From NCBI GenBank assembly GCA_028874315.1, contig JAPPKM010000129.1, positions 1-59,958 of the forward strand: a DNA stretch of 59,958 nucleotides. Direction: 5' to 3'. Under the pieces are notes generated by a model. The model was not told where the DNA came from and did no database searches. It worked only from the letters and a program-made list of their open reading frames with translations. Shown piece by piece: positions 36,186-45,993 of the stretch; the first letter of the stretch is position 1, and each line of letters starts with the position of its first letter. Source of the DNA: Chloroflexota bacterium (lineage in GTDB: Bacteria; Chloroflexota; UBA11872). The translations under genes and the position numbers were made by a program.

Positions 36186-39013
36186 TCGGCTCGCCTCGCT
36201 GCCTGCTCCGTCCCTACCGTTGCGCTCACATCTCCCGCAAAGAGCTTGTAGGCAACCTCCCCCGTCTCGGCAACCCGCAACACCAGCACGGGGATCACCG
36301 CCGCCTCCAGATACGCCTGCCGCAGCCGCACTGCCAGCACGTACGTGCCCGGATCCAGTCCCACGCCCGACGATTCCATCTCAACGTACGACCCGTCGGC
36401 GCCGCGCACCGCCAACCGTGGGCCACGAGCGTCGAATTCGTACCGATGCGCTGCAGGACTGCCGCCGGGAACGATCTGGCCCGCAAACCACACCTCGCCC
36501 AGGTGGGTGTAACCATCCACGTCATACGCTGTAGGCAGCGTCCACGACGTGTCTTCCACCTCAATGACCAGCCAGTCCTGACCCGTCCAGCGAGCCGGTG
36601 CGCGGTCGCTGAACGTGACCGAAAAGGCCGCGCCGTCGGCCGCCGCGCGTTCGTGACGTAGCCGCAGCGTAAAGTTTGCGGCGGGGCCGGGCGGCGGCGG
36701 CACGGGTGGGGCGATGCCAGGCCGGGTGGCGTACGCCACGTGCGCATCGTTCCACCAGATCGGAATGAACCCAAGTCGATCCACGTCGTAGAGCCGCCCA
36801 CGCGGCAGCAATCCCACGTCTGGAATCCGCCCGCCAGGCGGCTCGGATGCAATGGTTGTCAATAGATGAACGGGCGTCGTATCCACCTCACCCAGCAGTC
36901 GCGCGTGCCCCAAGACCGCGGCCAGGCGGACCGAAGCAACCGGGTCGTGCGCCAACGGCAGATAGACGGTGGCCGAGGCGGGCACCGCCCGCCGCAGGGC
37001 CTCAAATGACTTCGGCGGCGGCGGCGGATCCAGTGCCAAGAATGCTGGCAGGACGACATAGAGTGCGTCGCCGTCGACACGCAGAAGGAGTTCGAACAAG
37101 CTGGGGTCATTCAGCCAGCGCCGGGCGCGCACAGGCAGGCTGGCAACCCACGCTTCGGTCGCATGGACGTAGTCGAAACCGAGACGCCGGATGGCACTCG
37201 GTTCCAGAAAGCGTCGAGCGTCCAGGTACTCAGGGCCCAGCTCAGGAACGACATGCAGAAGACCTGCAAACCCAGAAGCATTGGGACGACCTGTGGCGAC
37301 GGTCAGATGGTGCGGATACGGCGAAAGGATGCGCGCGCGAGCCGCCGTGTGGTCCCGAATGTAGTTGACCACGGGCAGCGACGCGATCGGGCTTAGGGCA
37401 TGACGCTGTCCCATTGGGTGAGTTATTGACGCGTCTCTTGGCGCTGGCGGAGCGTTGGTCAGGTTCACGCCCTGGGCAGCCGCCAGACCCAGCGTCCGGG
37501 TCGGCGCCGCGACCGTGGGCCAGATCACCAGCACCAGCAGCACCGCAACGGAGGGAGCGCGCCACGGCGGCCGGAGTGTCGTCAATCGGCCGCTAAGGGC
37601 CACGAGCAGCGCCAACAGCGCGAAGTTGCGCGCATGCCCGTCAAATCGGTCCAGGTCATAGTCGGCGTACGTGTAGCGCAGGAGCAACGCGGCCAACAGA
37701 AAGACCCCGCACGCCGTGGCCAGCGATAGGACCAGCCGGTTGAACCGGCCTAGGAGAACGGCCAAGACGCCGATGATCAGGGGGCCCAAGCCCAGCATTG
37801 CCAGCCCGCCCGGCAACGGCTGAACCGTACCGACAAGCCGACGATCCAAAGGGCTTCTGGGCCAACCAAGGGAGACGCCCCCGGAGAGTGATCCGGTCAG
37901 GACGTCGGTCAGCACACCGCTGCTAACAGCCAGAAGGGCCGCAGCCAGTATCGGCCCGGCGGCCGTCCGAAGTGCCAGGTTTCGGCTGATGTTTGCGCCT
38001 CTCCAGGCACGTCCAAATCGCACAGTTTCCAGGAGTCCCCAGCAGCCGAGCACTGTAAGTGCCAGGGTCTCTTCGACCAGGCCAAGAAATCCGATCAGCA
38101 GAGCCAGGACCGCGCGGGCCGTCCAACCCGCGCGGCGACAGTCGGTCGCGTGTTCCAGCACCGTAAACGCCAGGGCGTAGCCGAGCACAAACTGCGGTTT
38201 CCAGATATTTGGTGCGGGGGCGTGGTACCAGGTCGGCCAGTCCAATGAGACTTCCGGCCAATACACGGAGCCGAGCGATGCGCGCACACCGGCTGCTGGA
38301 ATACCCGTCGGAATAGGTACCTGCACAATGTCGGCCGGCAGCACGTCGAACCCGATCAGGGTCCATGCGCCGGCGGTGATCAGTAGAGGCGTCAGCACCA
38401 GCAGGCTTGTCCAGCCGCCCCGGCTGCGCAGGGCAGTTCCCACGATCATTGCCAGGGCCATCCAGACGAAGGCGCCCAGCACCTCGATAGTGAGCGCCAG
38501 ATCAGGCCCAACGGGCGGAGCCAGCAATCCCGTCAACAGTTGTGGGCCGTAGTGATAGGGAGCCGCGAGGCCTGGGTTCCACGGCAACTCGGACGGGCTG
38601 CCGCCGGCCTGGATAGTGGCGGCGAGGGAGACGTGGATGGCGTCTGGCAGCGGCAGCAATTGGCGGACGGCCAACGCCGCCCAGAAAACCGCGAGGGCCG
38701 CCGCACCGAACCCGACACTCCTGCGCGGCGAGAGTCGCAACGCGCCTGGCGCCCGACAGGCAAGGCCGATGCCAAGAACCAGAATCACGATCCAGCCGGC
38801 CAGCGCCCCGCTGCGTCCCGGCAGTACCGGCAGCATGAAGTTGACCAGCAGACCCCAAAGCGCCGGACCGATCACCAGCCCCTGGGCCAGCGCCATGCCG
38901 TCGTCGGTTTGCCGCAGAGCTACCCGAGCCACGACGTAGCCCACGCCCGCCAGCGTCAGCAGTTCCGCCGCAAGCAGCAGCAGGCCCGGCACGACCCCTG
39001 GATCGACCGTCAT
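36182..39013 (-). CDS. Paralog P9 of the membrane-protein family
   Basis: 943 aa; LPDAIH, PYHYG, APNIWKP, RFDGHARN, WTGQDWLV, AYLEAAVIP; no Cys tail. Confidence 0.85.
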   Translation of the reverse strand: MTVDPGVVPGLLLLAAELLTLAGVGYVVARVALRQTDDGMALAQGLVIGPALWGLLVNFMLPVLPGRSGALAGWIVILVLGIGLACRAPGALRLSPRRSVGFGAAALAVFWAALAVRQLLPLPDAIHVSLAATIQAGGSPSELPWNPGLAAPYHYGPQLLTGLLAPPVGPDLALTIEVLGAFVWMALAMIVGTALRSRGGWTSLLVLTPLLITAGAWTLIGFDVLPADIVQVPIPTGIPAAGVRASLGSVYWPEVSLDWPTWYHAPAPNIWKPQFVLGYALAFTVLEHATDCRRAGWTARAVLALLIGFLGLVEETLALTVLGCWGLLETVRFGRAWRGANISRNLALRTAAGPILAAALLAVSSGVLTDVLTGSLSGGVSLGWPRSPLDRRLVGTVQPLPGGLAMLGLGPLIIGVLAVLLGRFNRLVLSLATACGVFLLAALLLRYTYADYDLDRFDGHARNFALLALLVALSGRLTTLRPPWRAPSVAVLLVLVIWPTVAAPTRTLGLAAAQGVNLTNAPPAPRDASITHPMGQRHALSPIASLPVVNYIRDHTAARARILSPYPHHLTVATGRPNASGFAGLLHVVPELGPEYLDARRFLEPSAIRRLGFDYVHATEAWVASLPVRARRWLNDPSLFELLLRVDGDALYVVLPAFLALDPPPPPKSFEALRRAVPASATVYLPLAHDPVASVRLAAVLGHARLLGEVDTTPVHLLTTIASEPPGGRIPDVGLLPRGRLYDVDRLGFIPIWWNDAHVAYATRPGIAPPVPPPPGPAANFTLRLRHERAAADGAAFSVTFSDRAPARWTGQDWLVIEVEDTSWTLPTAYDVDGYTHLGEVWFAGQIVPGGSPAAHRYEFDARGPRLAVRGADGSYVEMESSGVGLDPGTYVLAVRLRQAYLEAAVIPVLVLRVAETGEVAYKLFAGDVSATVGTEQAARRAE

Positions 39014-39305
39014 CCGACTGGCCTCGGCAGACGACCGAGCCTCACTGAGCGGACAGCCATGGGCTGGGAAGATTGCGAAGTCGCCATAAACGCGGACATC
39101 CCGGCGGGCATGCCGTCAGGCTAGCGAGTTATGCGCCCCGGCGGCTCAGGCGCCCTGTGGCTGGCGGTTCGGCGCGTCGATCCCGCGCGTCCCGCGCATT
39201 CACACTATACAGCCCGGAATGGGTCCCCAAGCTCCGCCTTCACACCCCGGTGCTTCGGAAGTCTCCCGGCAACGGTCATTCGATATGAAGTGCCCAGGCG
39301 TTCGT

Positions 39306-42300
39306 CTACGGCGACGCCCCCGGGGCGCCTGCGGTCAGTCGGCGGCATGACTCGGTGTGCTGCAGGAGTTCCGGGCAAGCGTTCACCGCGGCACTACTCG
39401 TATCCCGATGGATGGCGTACGTCACGTCGCCGGTTTCGGAGATCGTGGTCCGTAGAACGGGAAGCACCGCCGCCTGCAGGTGAGCCAACCGCAGGCGCAC
39501 CGCGAGGACGTAAGCGCCGGGCGCCAAGGCCTCAGCGCTCGATGATTGCGCCGGGACCATTGCGTCGCCGACCCTGACGGCCAGCCGCCTCTCGCGTGCG
39601 CTGAATTCGTACTCGTGGGTGACGATCCCGCGTGCCGGTACGATCTGGCCAGCGAACCACACGCGGCCCACATTCGTAAACCCATCGGCTTCGTATCGGG
39701 TCGGCAGTGCCCAGGGCGTCTCGTCGACCTCGAGAACCAGCCAGTCCTGGCCAGTCCAGCGCTCGCGCGCCATGTCGTCGAACGTTGCCGTGAAGGACAC
39801 TCGATCGCCCTCCACACGTACATCCGAAAGGCCGACGGAAAAGTCGTGCTCGGGCGGCGGCGGCTCATCGACGACGGGTGAGATTTCGGGGACTGTTGCG
39901 TAAACGGCAACTTCGTCGCCCAACCAGATCAGCGAGAACTCCTCTGCCCTGGTCGTGAACGCAAACCCCCGCGGAGCCAGCAGCACGCTTGGCGTATGCC
40001 CTTGCACCGGCTCCGTTGGGATCTCCGTCAGCAGGTAGGTCCCGGATGGATCCACCTCCCCAAGCAGACGGGTGTGCGCCAACGCTGTCGCCAACCGAAC
40101 CTGGTTCTTTGCCGTGAGTCCTCCCGCAAGATATGCGCTGGCGGACGCAGGAACCGCTTGCCGGAGGGCCTCGAATGAGGCCGGATCAGGTTCCGGGTCG
40201 AGTTCCAGAAACGCGGGCTGAATGCGATAGAGCGCGTCGGCGTCACCACGGATCAGCGGCGCAAAGAAACGCGGGTCGTTCAGCCAGCGCCGGGCATGGT
40301 CGGGAAGGCTGGCGACCCAGCCGTCCGTGGCGTGAAGGTAGGCGAAGCCCAGACGCCGAACGGCTGCGGGTTCCAGAAAGTCACGCGCGTCCTCGAAGGC
40401 AGGACCCTTGTTCGCCCAGAGGTGGAGCACCTCCTCAAACCCGGACGCGTTGGGACGCCCGGTCGTGGCGGTCATGTCCAACGGATTCGGCGACAGGATG
40501 CGGGCGTCGACCGGCGTGTGGTCGCTGATAAATCGGGCTACCGGCTCGGAGACCGGGTGTTCGATCTTGTAGCGCCCCAATCCCCAGAAGTACCGGTCAG
40601 TATCAAACTCATTCGACCGGCCCCTGGAGGCGGATTGGGCATTAACCAGCTCGATCCCATGGCCGACTGCCAGACCTAATGTGCGGACAGGAACCGCCAC
40701 GGTGGGCCAGGCCACCAACGCAACGATGAGTGCGCCGGCGGCGTAGCGCCAGGGAGGACGGAGAGCCGAGAGCCGCCAGCCCAGCGCGAGCAGGAGGGCC
40801 AGTAGGGCGAAGTTGCGGGCGTGCCCGTCCATCCGGGTCACGTCGAACGGAAACGCGGGGTGCCGCAGGGCAATCGCCGCCAGCATGAACACCCCCGCCC
40901 CGGCGACCAGGGCAAGCACCAGCCGTTGCCGCCACGCCAGCAACAGCGCGATGGCCGCGACTGGAATCACCCCAAGACCCAGCCGCCCAATGCCTCCAGG
41001 CCCAGGGGTCAGTAGCGTGCCGAAGGGAAGGCGGCTGCCTGGCTCGTCAATCCACCCGAGGTGGGTTCCGCTGGACACGCCACCCAGCAATGCAGAGATC
41101 GGCCCGCCTCCCACAGCCAGCAGCAGCGCGGCCAGTGCCGGTCCCGCGGCAATGCGCAGGATCGCCGCCTGGCTTTCAATGCCGTCGCTCCATTTCCCTG
41201 GGCCATCAGGCTCGAGTGGCTCTTGAGTTAGATCTTCAGAATCCCTGGAGTGAGCGCGGCAAGCGACTTCCGTGCGCTGTGTCGGTGCGAGGCGACAACG
41301 CATAGAGCGCGGCGAGAGTCGGATGGCAGACGCGACGCGTGCCGCTTCCAGGGCAATCCAACAGGCCAGTACAACCAGCGCGACTTCCTCGCTCAGCAGA
41401 CCGACGAATCCAACCAATGCGGCCAAGATCAGCGTCGCAGTCCAGGACTGGCCGCGAGAACCGGCTACCGCCGTTACCACGACCAGCGTGAGCGCGTATG
41501 CCCATATAAACGGGGGTTTCCAGATGTTGGGTGGCGATGCCACAAACTCCGTTTGCCAGTTCAGGGACACCTGAGGCCAATACACGTTGGCGAGTGAGGA
41601 ACCGAGGCCTGCCGCCGGCAAGCCGGTCGGACTGGGAATCTGCAGGATGTCCGGCGGCGGGATGATGAAGCCGACGAGTGTCCAGGCGCCGGGCGTAAGC
41701 ACGAGCGGCGCCAGCACCGCCACGCTGCTCCAGCCGCCCCGTTTGTACAGTAACGTAGCTATAACGAGGGCCAACCCGGTCCACGCATACGCGCCCACCA
41801 GTTCGGTGGTGAAGGGGAGATCGGGCCCGCCAGGCGTCATCAGGAGCCCGATCAGCATGTCCGCGCCATAGTGATAGAGGAGCGGCTGGTCGGGGGTCCA
41901 GGAAATCGCCGGCGGCCAACCGCCTTCCCGAATGTAGGCCGACAGCCCCAGGTGAATGGCCTCGTCGGGAATCTGCAAGAGCTGGCGAGCTGCCAGCATG
42001 ACCCAGAAAACGGCCAGCGCCGCAATGGTGAATCTCGCCGCGGTGCGTAGCCTCGGCCGAACCGGTTGCGGCGCGCGCCAAACTAGCACCGCGGCCAGGG
42101 CCAACAGCACCGCCCAACTCGCCAGCGCTCCCGCGCGACCCGGCGCTGGATGCAGCATGAAATTAGCGATCAGCCCCCATAACGCCGGGCCAATCACCAT
42201 CCCCTGCGCGAGCGCCATCGAGTCGCCATTCTGGCGTAGAGCCACTCGAGCAACGACATACCCCAGCGCCGCCAACCCACCGAACTCCAGCACGAGGAGC

Positions 42301-42335
42301 AGCAATCCAGGCGCAACGGCTGGGTCAACCGTCAC
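39306..42335 (-). CDS. Paralog P10 of the membrane-protein family (with loop insertion)
   Basis: 1009 aa; GTG start; IPDEAIH, LYHYG, PPNIWKP, RMDGHARN, WTGQDWLV, tail CPELLQHTESC. Confidence 0.85.
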   Translation of the reverse strand: MTVDPAVAPGLLLLVLEFGGLAALGYVVARVALRQNGDSMALAQGMVIGPALWGLIANFMLHPAPGRAGALASWAVLLALAAVLVWRAPQPVRPRLRTAARFTIAALAVFWVMLAARQLLQIPDEAIHLGLSAYIREGGWPPAISWTPDQPLLYHYGADMLIGLLMTPGGPDLPFTTELVGAYAWTGLALVIATLLYKRGGWSSVAVLAPLVLTPGAWTLVGFIIPPPDILQIPSPTGLPAAGLGSSLANVYWPQVSLNWQTEFVASPPNIWKPPFIWAYALTLVVVTAVAGSRGQSWTATLILAALVGFVGLLSEEVALVVLACWIALEAARVASAIRLSPRSMRCRLAPTQRTEVACRAHSRDSEDLTQEPLEPDGPGKWSDGIESQAAILRIAAGPALAALLLAVGGGPISALLGGVSSGTHLGWIDEPGSRLPFGTLLTPGPGGIGRLGLGVIPVAAIALLLAWRQRLVLALVAGAGVFMLAAIALRHPAFPFDVTRMDGHARNFALLALLLALGWRLSALRPPWRYAAGALIVALVAWPTVAVPVRTLGLAVGHGIELVNAQSASRGRSNEFDTDRYFWGLGRYKIEHPVSEPVARFISDHTPVDARILSPNPLDMTATTGRPNASGFEEVLHLWANKGPAFEDARDFLEPAAVRRLGFAYLHATDGWVASLPDHARRWLNDPRFFAPLIRGDADALYRIQPAFLELDPEPDPASFEALRQAVPASASAYLAGGLTAKNQVRLATALAHTRLLGEVDPSGTYLLTEIPTEPVQGHTPSVLLAPRGFAFTTRAEEFSLIWLGDEVAVYATVPEISPVVDEPPPPEHDFSVGLSDVRVEGDRVSFTATFDDMARERWTGQDWLVLEVDETPWALPTRYEADGFTNVGRVWFAGQIVPARGIVTHEYEFSARERRLAVRVGDAMVPAQSSSAEALAPGAYVLAVRLRLAHLQAAVLPVLRTTISETGDVTYAIHRDTSSAAVNACPELLQHTESCRRLTAGAPGASP

Positions 42336-42433
42336 TCAGACTCTCCCGGCATTGATACATGGGGTGCGCGCCTGTCCAAAGGACCGCCGGCTCAACATGT
42401 GTTCCGGCAGACGCTCTGCGGATTCTGTCCGCC

Positions 42434-45268
42434 TCACGGAATCAACGCCGCTCCAAGCGTTCCTTCATAGACCTTGTATGAAACCTCGCCAGCGTTTGAA
42501 ACCGTAAAGCTCATGAGCGGAATGTACGCAAGTTCCCACCAGTCGCCTCGTAGTCGCGCCGCCAGCGTCCAGGTTCCCGCTTCAACGCCGGCGCCGGAAG
42601 ACGGGGCGCGCGCATAGCTTCCGTCGGCGTTTTGCACGTCAAGTCTGGCCATCCGCGGATCGAATTCGAATCGATAGGTCGTGGCACCTCTGCCGGGCAC
42701 AACCTGGCCGCCGAACCATTGCGAACCGGAGCGCCGGCGCTCGTCCGCTTCAAATTCCCGGGGGATGGCCCAGGGCGAATCGTCCGTCGAAGTCACCAAC
42801 CAGTCCTGGCCCTTCCACTCGTCGGGCTCCCGATCCGAGAACGTCGCCGTAAAGACAATGCGGCCATCGGCTGCCTGGACGTCCGACAACTCAACGCTGA
42901 ATGGACGCGACGGCGGCGGCATGATCGGGTTGGCAGCTCTGCCCAGCGGATAAATGGCGATTTCGTCGTTCCACCAGATTGGCTCACGCTTATCGAGGGG
43001 AAATGCCGATGGGGCAAGGCGCGCCGATGTAACGATGAGATCGGGCGTGTGGTCGCCCAAGGGTTCGGTTGGAAAGTGAGGTCGGCTATGCCACGTAGGC
43101 GTCGGTCGCGCCTGGCCGAGGAGACGCGTGTGAGATAAAACCACCGCCGCCCGAATCGAGTTTACCGGCTCCAACGAGGGTGAAAGATAAACCGTGCTTG
43201 AGGCCCGTACAGCCTGCCGCAATCCTTCAAATGACTCGGCGGGCGGAATCGTTTCCAAGTCCAAAAACGCAGGTCGGACGCGGAAAAGCGCGTCGACCCC
43301 GTCTCGGATGAGCAGATCAAAGAGGGCGGGGTCCTCCAGCCAGCGTTGCGCGTGCTCCGGCAGACGTGCGACCCAGTCGTCGGATGCGTGTACATACGAC
43401 GCGCCGAGCCGCCGCACAGCCAGCGGTTCCAGGTACCGAATGGCGTCAATGTATTCGGGACCAAATACGGGAACAAACTGCACGAATTCCGAGTAGGCAG
43501 ACGCGTTGGGCCGCCCAGTGACAATGGACATTTCGGTTGGGGACGGCGACAAGATCCGGGCATCAACTGGCGTCTGCTCGCGAATGTATTCCGCCACGGT
43601 CTCCGACATCGGTCTTCGCATGACGTAGCGGCCGATGAGATCTGAGGGTGGCGCGGACGCTACGGGCTGAGCGTTGCTGAGTTGCGGCCCGCGCGTGAGC
43701 GCGAGGCCGATGTTCTGTAGAGGCGCGACCACGGTGGGCCAGGTGATCAACGCCGCAATTAACGCACTCGCTGCATAGCGCCACCGTGTCGGCAGGGCTG
43801 CCAGGCGAACTGCCAGCGCCACCAGCAGTGCTAGTAGCGCGAAGTTGCGCGCATGGCCGTCAAGACGAACCAAATCCAGCGAATATTCGTACTGCAGAGT
43901 CAATGCGGCCAGCAACAGCAGAACACTGGCGGCGGCCAGCGCCACAACCAGCCGCTGCCGCCAGGCCAGCAGAATGGCGCCGGCAACTACCGGCACCGTG
44001 CCGACCGCAAGCACACCCACACCGCCAGGCCAGGTACTGACTTCGCCAAGAGGACGCCGACTGCCAGCGTCCGCGATCCACCCCAACGACAATCCCGACG
44101 GGTTCGAACTGGTTAGGGCCCCTGAAATTGCGCCTCCCGCACCCGCCAGCAGAAGCGCCGCCAGAACCGGCCCAGAGGCTGCGCGCAGAATTGGGTCCCA
44201 CCGCATGGGACGCTTCGTGCTGCCTCTACGCAGCCGACGAATCAGCCGTGCGCCGTGCCCGCGCCGCACAAGCTGCAAGCCCTCCGCTATCCCCCAAAGC
44301 CCCAGCACGACCGGAGCAACCGTTTCGTCCACCAATCCCAGAAAGCCGACGAGCAGAGCCAAAGCCACGTGCGCCAGCCACCCCCGCTCGCCTCGGCGCG
44401 CCACACGCTCTAACCCCACAAACGCCAGCGCGTAGGCCAGCACGAAGTGGGGCTTCCATATATTGGCCGGCGAAGCCTCGACCGCGGTCGTCCACGGGTA
44501 GTCCACGGATGGCCAATAAACTCCCGCTAGCGAGGCGCGCAGCCCGGCCTCGGGCAGTCCCGCGGGAATCGGCACCTGCAGAATGCCCGGCGGAGCGACG
44601 TAATGCAGTTGGGTCCACAGCCCAAAGGACAGCAGCAACGGGCTGATAACTAACGCGGCCAACCGCGAACCGAAGCGAAGAACGGTGGTGACCACGGTCA
44701 GCGCTAGACCCGTCCACGCATAAGCGTCGATGATCTCGGTCGTGAACGCGGGATCCGGTCCGACCGGCGGTGCCAGCAATGCCATCAGCAGGTCGGCGCC
44801 GTAGTGGTACGGCGCCGGCAAGCCCGGGTGCCACGGAAACGCCGGCGGATATCCACCCGCTCGGATTGAGGCGGCGAGTCCCAGGTGAAGATATGCATCC
44901 ACGATCGACATCAGTTGACGGCTAGCCAGGACCACCCAGAAGAGCGCCAGCGCCCCAGCCGCAAACCCGGCCACCGTGCGCGGCGATACGCGCAGCGAAG
45001 TCGGCGCGCGCCAAGCCAGCCAGCTGGCCACTGTCAACGTGACGACCCAGGCCGCAAGTGAACCGGCCAGACCCGGGAGCAGGTGAAGAACGAAGTTCAC
45101 GATGAGCCCCCAGAGCGCCGGGCCAATGACCAGTCCTTGCGCCAGCGCCAAACGGTCGTCCGCCTGTTTCAGAGCCACGCGCGCGACCACAAAGCCGACT
45201 GCAGCCAGCGTCAGCATCTCCAGGGCCAGCAGGAGCAGACCCGGGAGGATGGCCGCGTCAACGATCAT
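42434..45268 (-). CDS. Paralog P11 of the membrane-protein family
   Basis: 944 aa; IVDAYLH, PYHYG, PANIWKP, RLDGHARN, WKGQDWLV, RGDWWEL; no Cys tail. Confidence 0.85.
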   Translation of the reverse strand: MIVDAAILPGLLLLALEMLTLAAVGFVVARVALKQADDRLALAQGLVIGPALWGLIVNFVLHLLPGLAGSLAAWVVTLTVASWLAWRAPTSLRVSPRTVAGFAAGALALFWVVLASRQLMSIVDAYLHLGLAASIRAGGYPPAFPWHPGLPAPYHYGADLLMALLAPPVGPDPAFTTEIIDAYAWTGLALTVVTTVLRFGSRLAALVISPLLLSFGLWTQLHYVAPPGILQVPIPAGLPEAGLRASLAGVYWPSVDYPWTTAVEASPANIWKPHFVLAYALAFVGLERVARRGERGWLAHVALALLVGFLGLVDETVAPVVLGLWGIAEGLQLVRRGHGARLIRRLRRGSTKRPMRWDPILRAASGPVLAALLLAGAGGAISGALTSSNPSGLSLGWIADAGSRRPLGEVSTWPGGVGVLAVGTVPVVAGAILLAWRQRLVVALAAASVLLLLAALTLQYEYSLDLVRLDGHARNFALLALLVALAVRLAALPTRWRYAASALIAALITWPTVVAPLQNIGLALTRGPQLSNAQPVASAPPSDLIGRYVMRRPMSETVAEYIREQTPVDARILSPSPTEMSIVTGRPNASAYSEFVQFVPVFGPEYIDAIRYLEPLAVRRLGASYVHASDDWVARLPEHAQRWLEDPALFDLLIRDGVDALFRVRPAFLDLETIPPAESFEGLRQAVRASSTVYLSPSLEPVNSIRAAVVLSHTRLLGQARPTPTWHSRPHFPTEPLGDHTPDLIVTSARLAPSAFPLDKREPIWWNDEIAIYPLGRAANPIMPPPSRPFSVELSDVQAADGRIVFTATFSDREPDEWKGQDWLVTSTDDSPWAIPREFEADERRRSGSQWFGGQVVPGRGATTYRFEFDPRMARLDVQNADGSYARAPSSGAGVEAGTWTLAARLRGDWWELAYIPLMSFTVSNAGEVSYKVYEGTLGAALIP

Positions 45269-45360
45269 TCAATCAATGTCCAGAGTCGGGGCAAGTCGTA
45301 ACTCGCCTGAGCGGACTACCACCGCCAGCGAACATAGTTGGACGCCTGTAAGCCAGGCGT

Positions 45361-45837
45361 CTAGCCCAAGAACAGCCCATACTCCCCGCCGCCCGGGTTT
45401 TCCACGTCGGCTGGATAGAGGAGATTGCGCGCGACGCCGAGGGCACGCGCGGCGACGGCACGGTTGATCTCCGGCACCTGATCCAACGCGTCAATCTCCG
45501 TCAGCGTCAAGTACGCCGCTCGGTCAACCTCATCGCCGGGCGATGGCTCGCCGGCCTCCGGCCGCATCAGAAACACCACATACGTGCTGTTGGTATCGTC
45601 CCAGCGGGTACGAACGGCAAGGACGCCCTGGACAGAGGCCTCGACACCGGTTTCCTCACGCACTTCACGCACAACCGCCGTGTCCAACGTCTCGTCCCGG
45701 TCAACGAAGCCGCCGGGAATCTGCCAGTTGCCGCGACCGTATCTGGAGGAGCGGCGGACAAACAACACGGAACGGCCGCGGACCACGGCGCCGCCCACAC
45801 CCACGTTGTAGCCCTGGTTGTATTGCTCGAGACTCAT
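45361..45837 (-). CDS. NUDIX hydrolase
   Basis: Nudix box GGFVDRDETLDTAVVREVREETGV. Confidence 0.9.
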   Translation of the reverse strand: MSLEQYNQGYNVGVGGAVVRGRSVLFVRRSSRYGRGNWQIPGGFVDRDETLDTAVVREVREETGVEASVQGVLAVRTRWDDTNSTYVVFLMRPEAGEPSPGDEVDRAAYLTLTEIDALDQVPEINRAVAARALGVARNLLYPADVENPGGGEYGLFLG

Positions 45838-45993
45838 GACAGCGTTGCCCCCGCACGCATGATTGCCGATCCGGTAGACAGCCGATTATGAACCACGGCC
45901 GCCAGGCCGTAGGCCGTCACGTTGTGGCCGCCCGCTCGCGCTCCCTAGAATCAAACGCACGCGGCGCCTCGCCAGCCACTGGTCACCCAACCC

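Noticed and set aside
34803-36251. 482-aa antisense ORF, and similar long shadow ORFs such as 55796-57034 and 58851-59945
   Set aside because: They lie opposite well-supported genes, lack recognisable motifs and are expected from GC-rich codon bias.
4827-45268. Diversity-generating retroelement, shufflon or CRISPR as the source of variation
   Set aside because: No reverse transcriptase, recombinase, template/variable repeat pair with adenine-specific differences, short inverted recombination sites or spacer-repeat array was found. Divergence is spread along whole genes.
4827-45268. Calling the paralogs oligosaccharyltransferases (aglB/pglB/stt3)
   Set aside because: The WWDYG acceptor-binding motif is missing at the expected position, so only a fold-level relationship is proposed.
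4827-45268. Arrays as an assembly repeat artefact
   Set aside because: The copies are far too diverged, with unique intergenic sequences, to be collapsed or duplicated reads.
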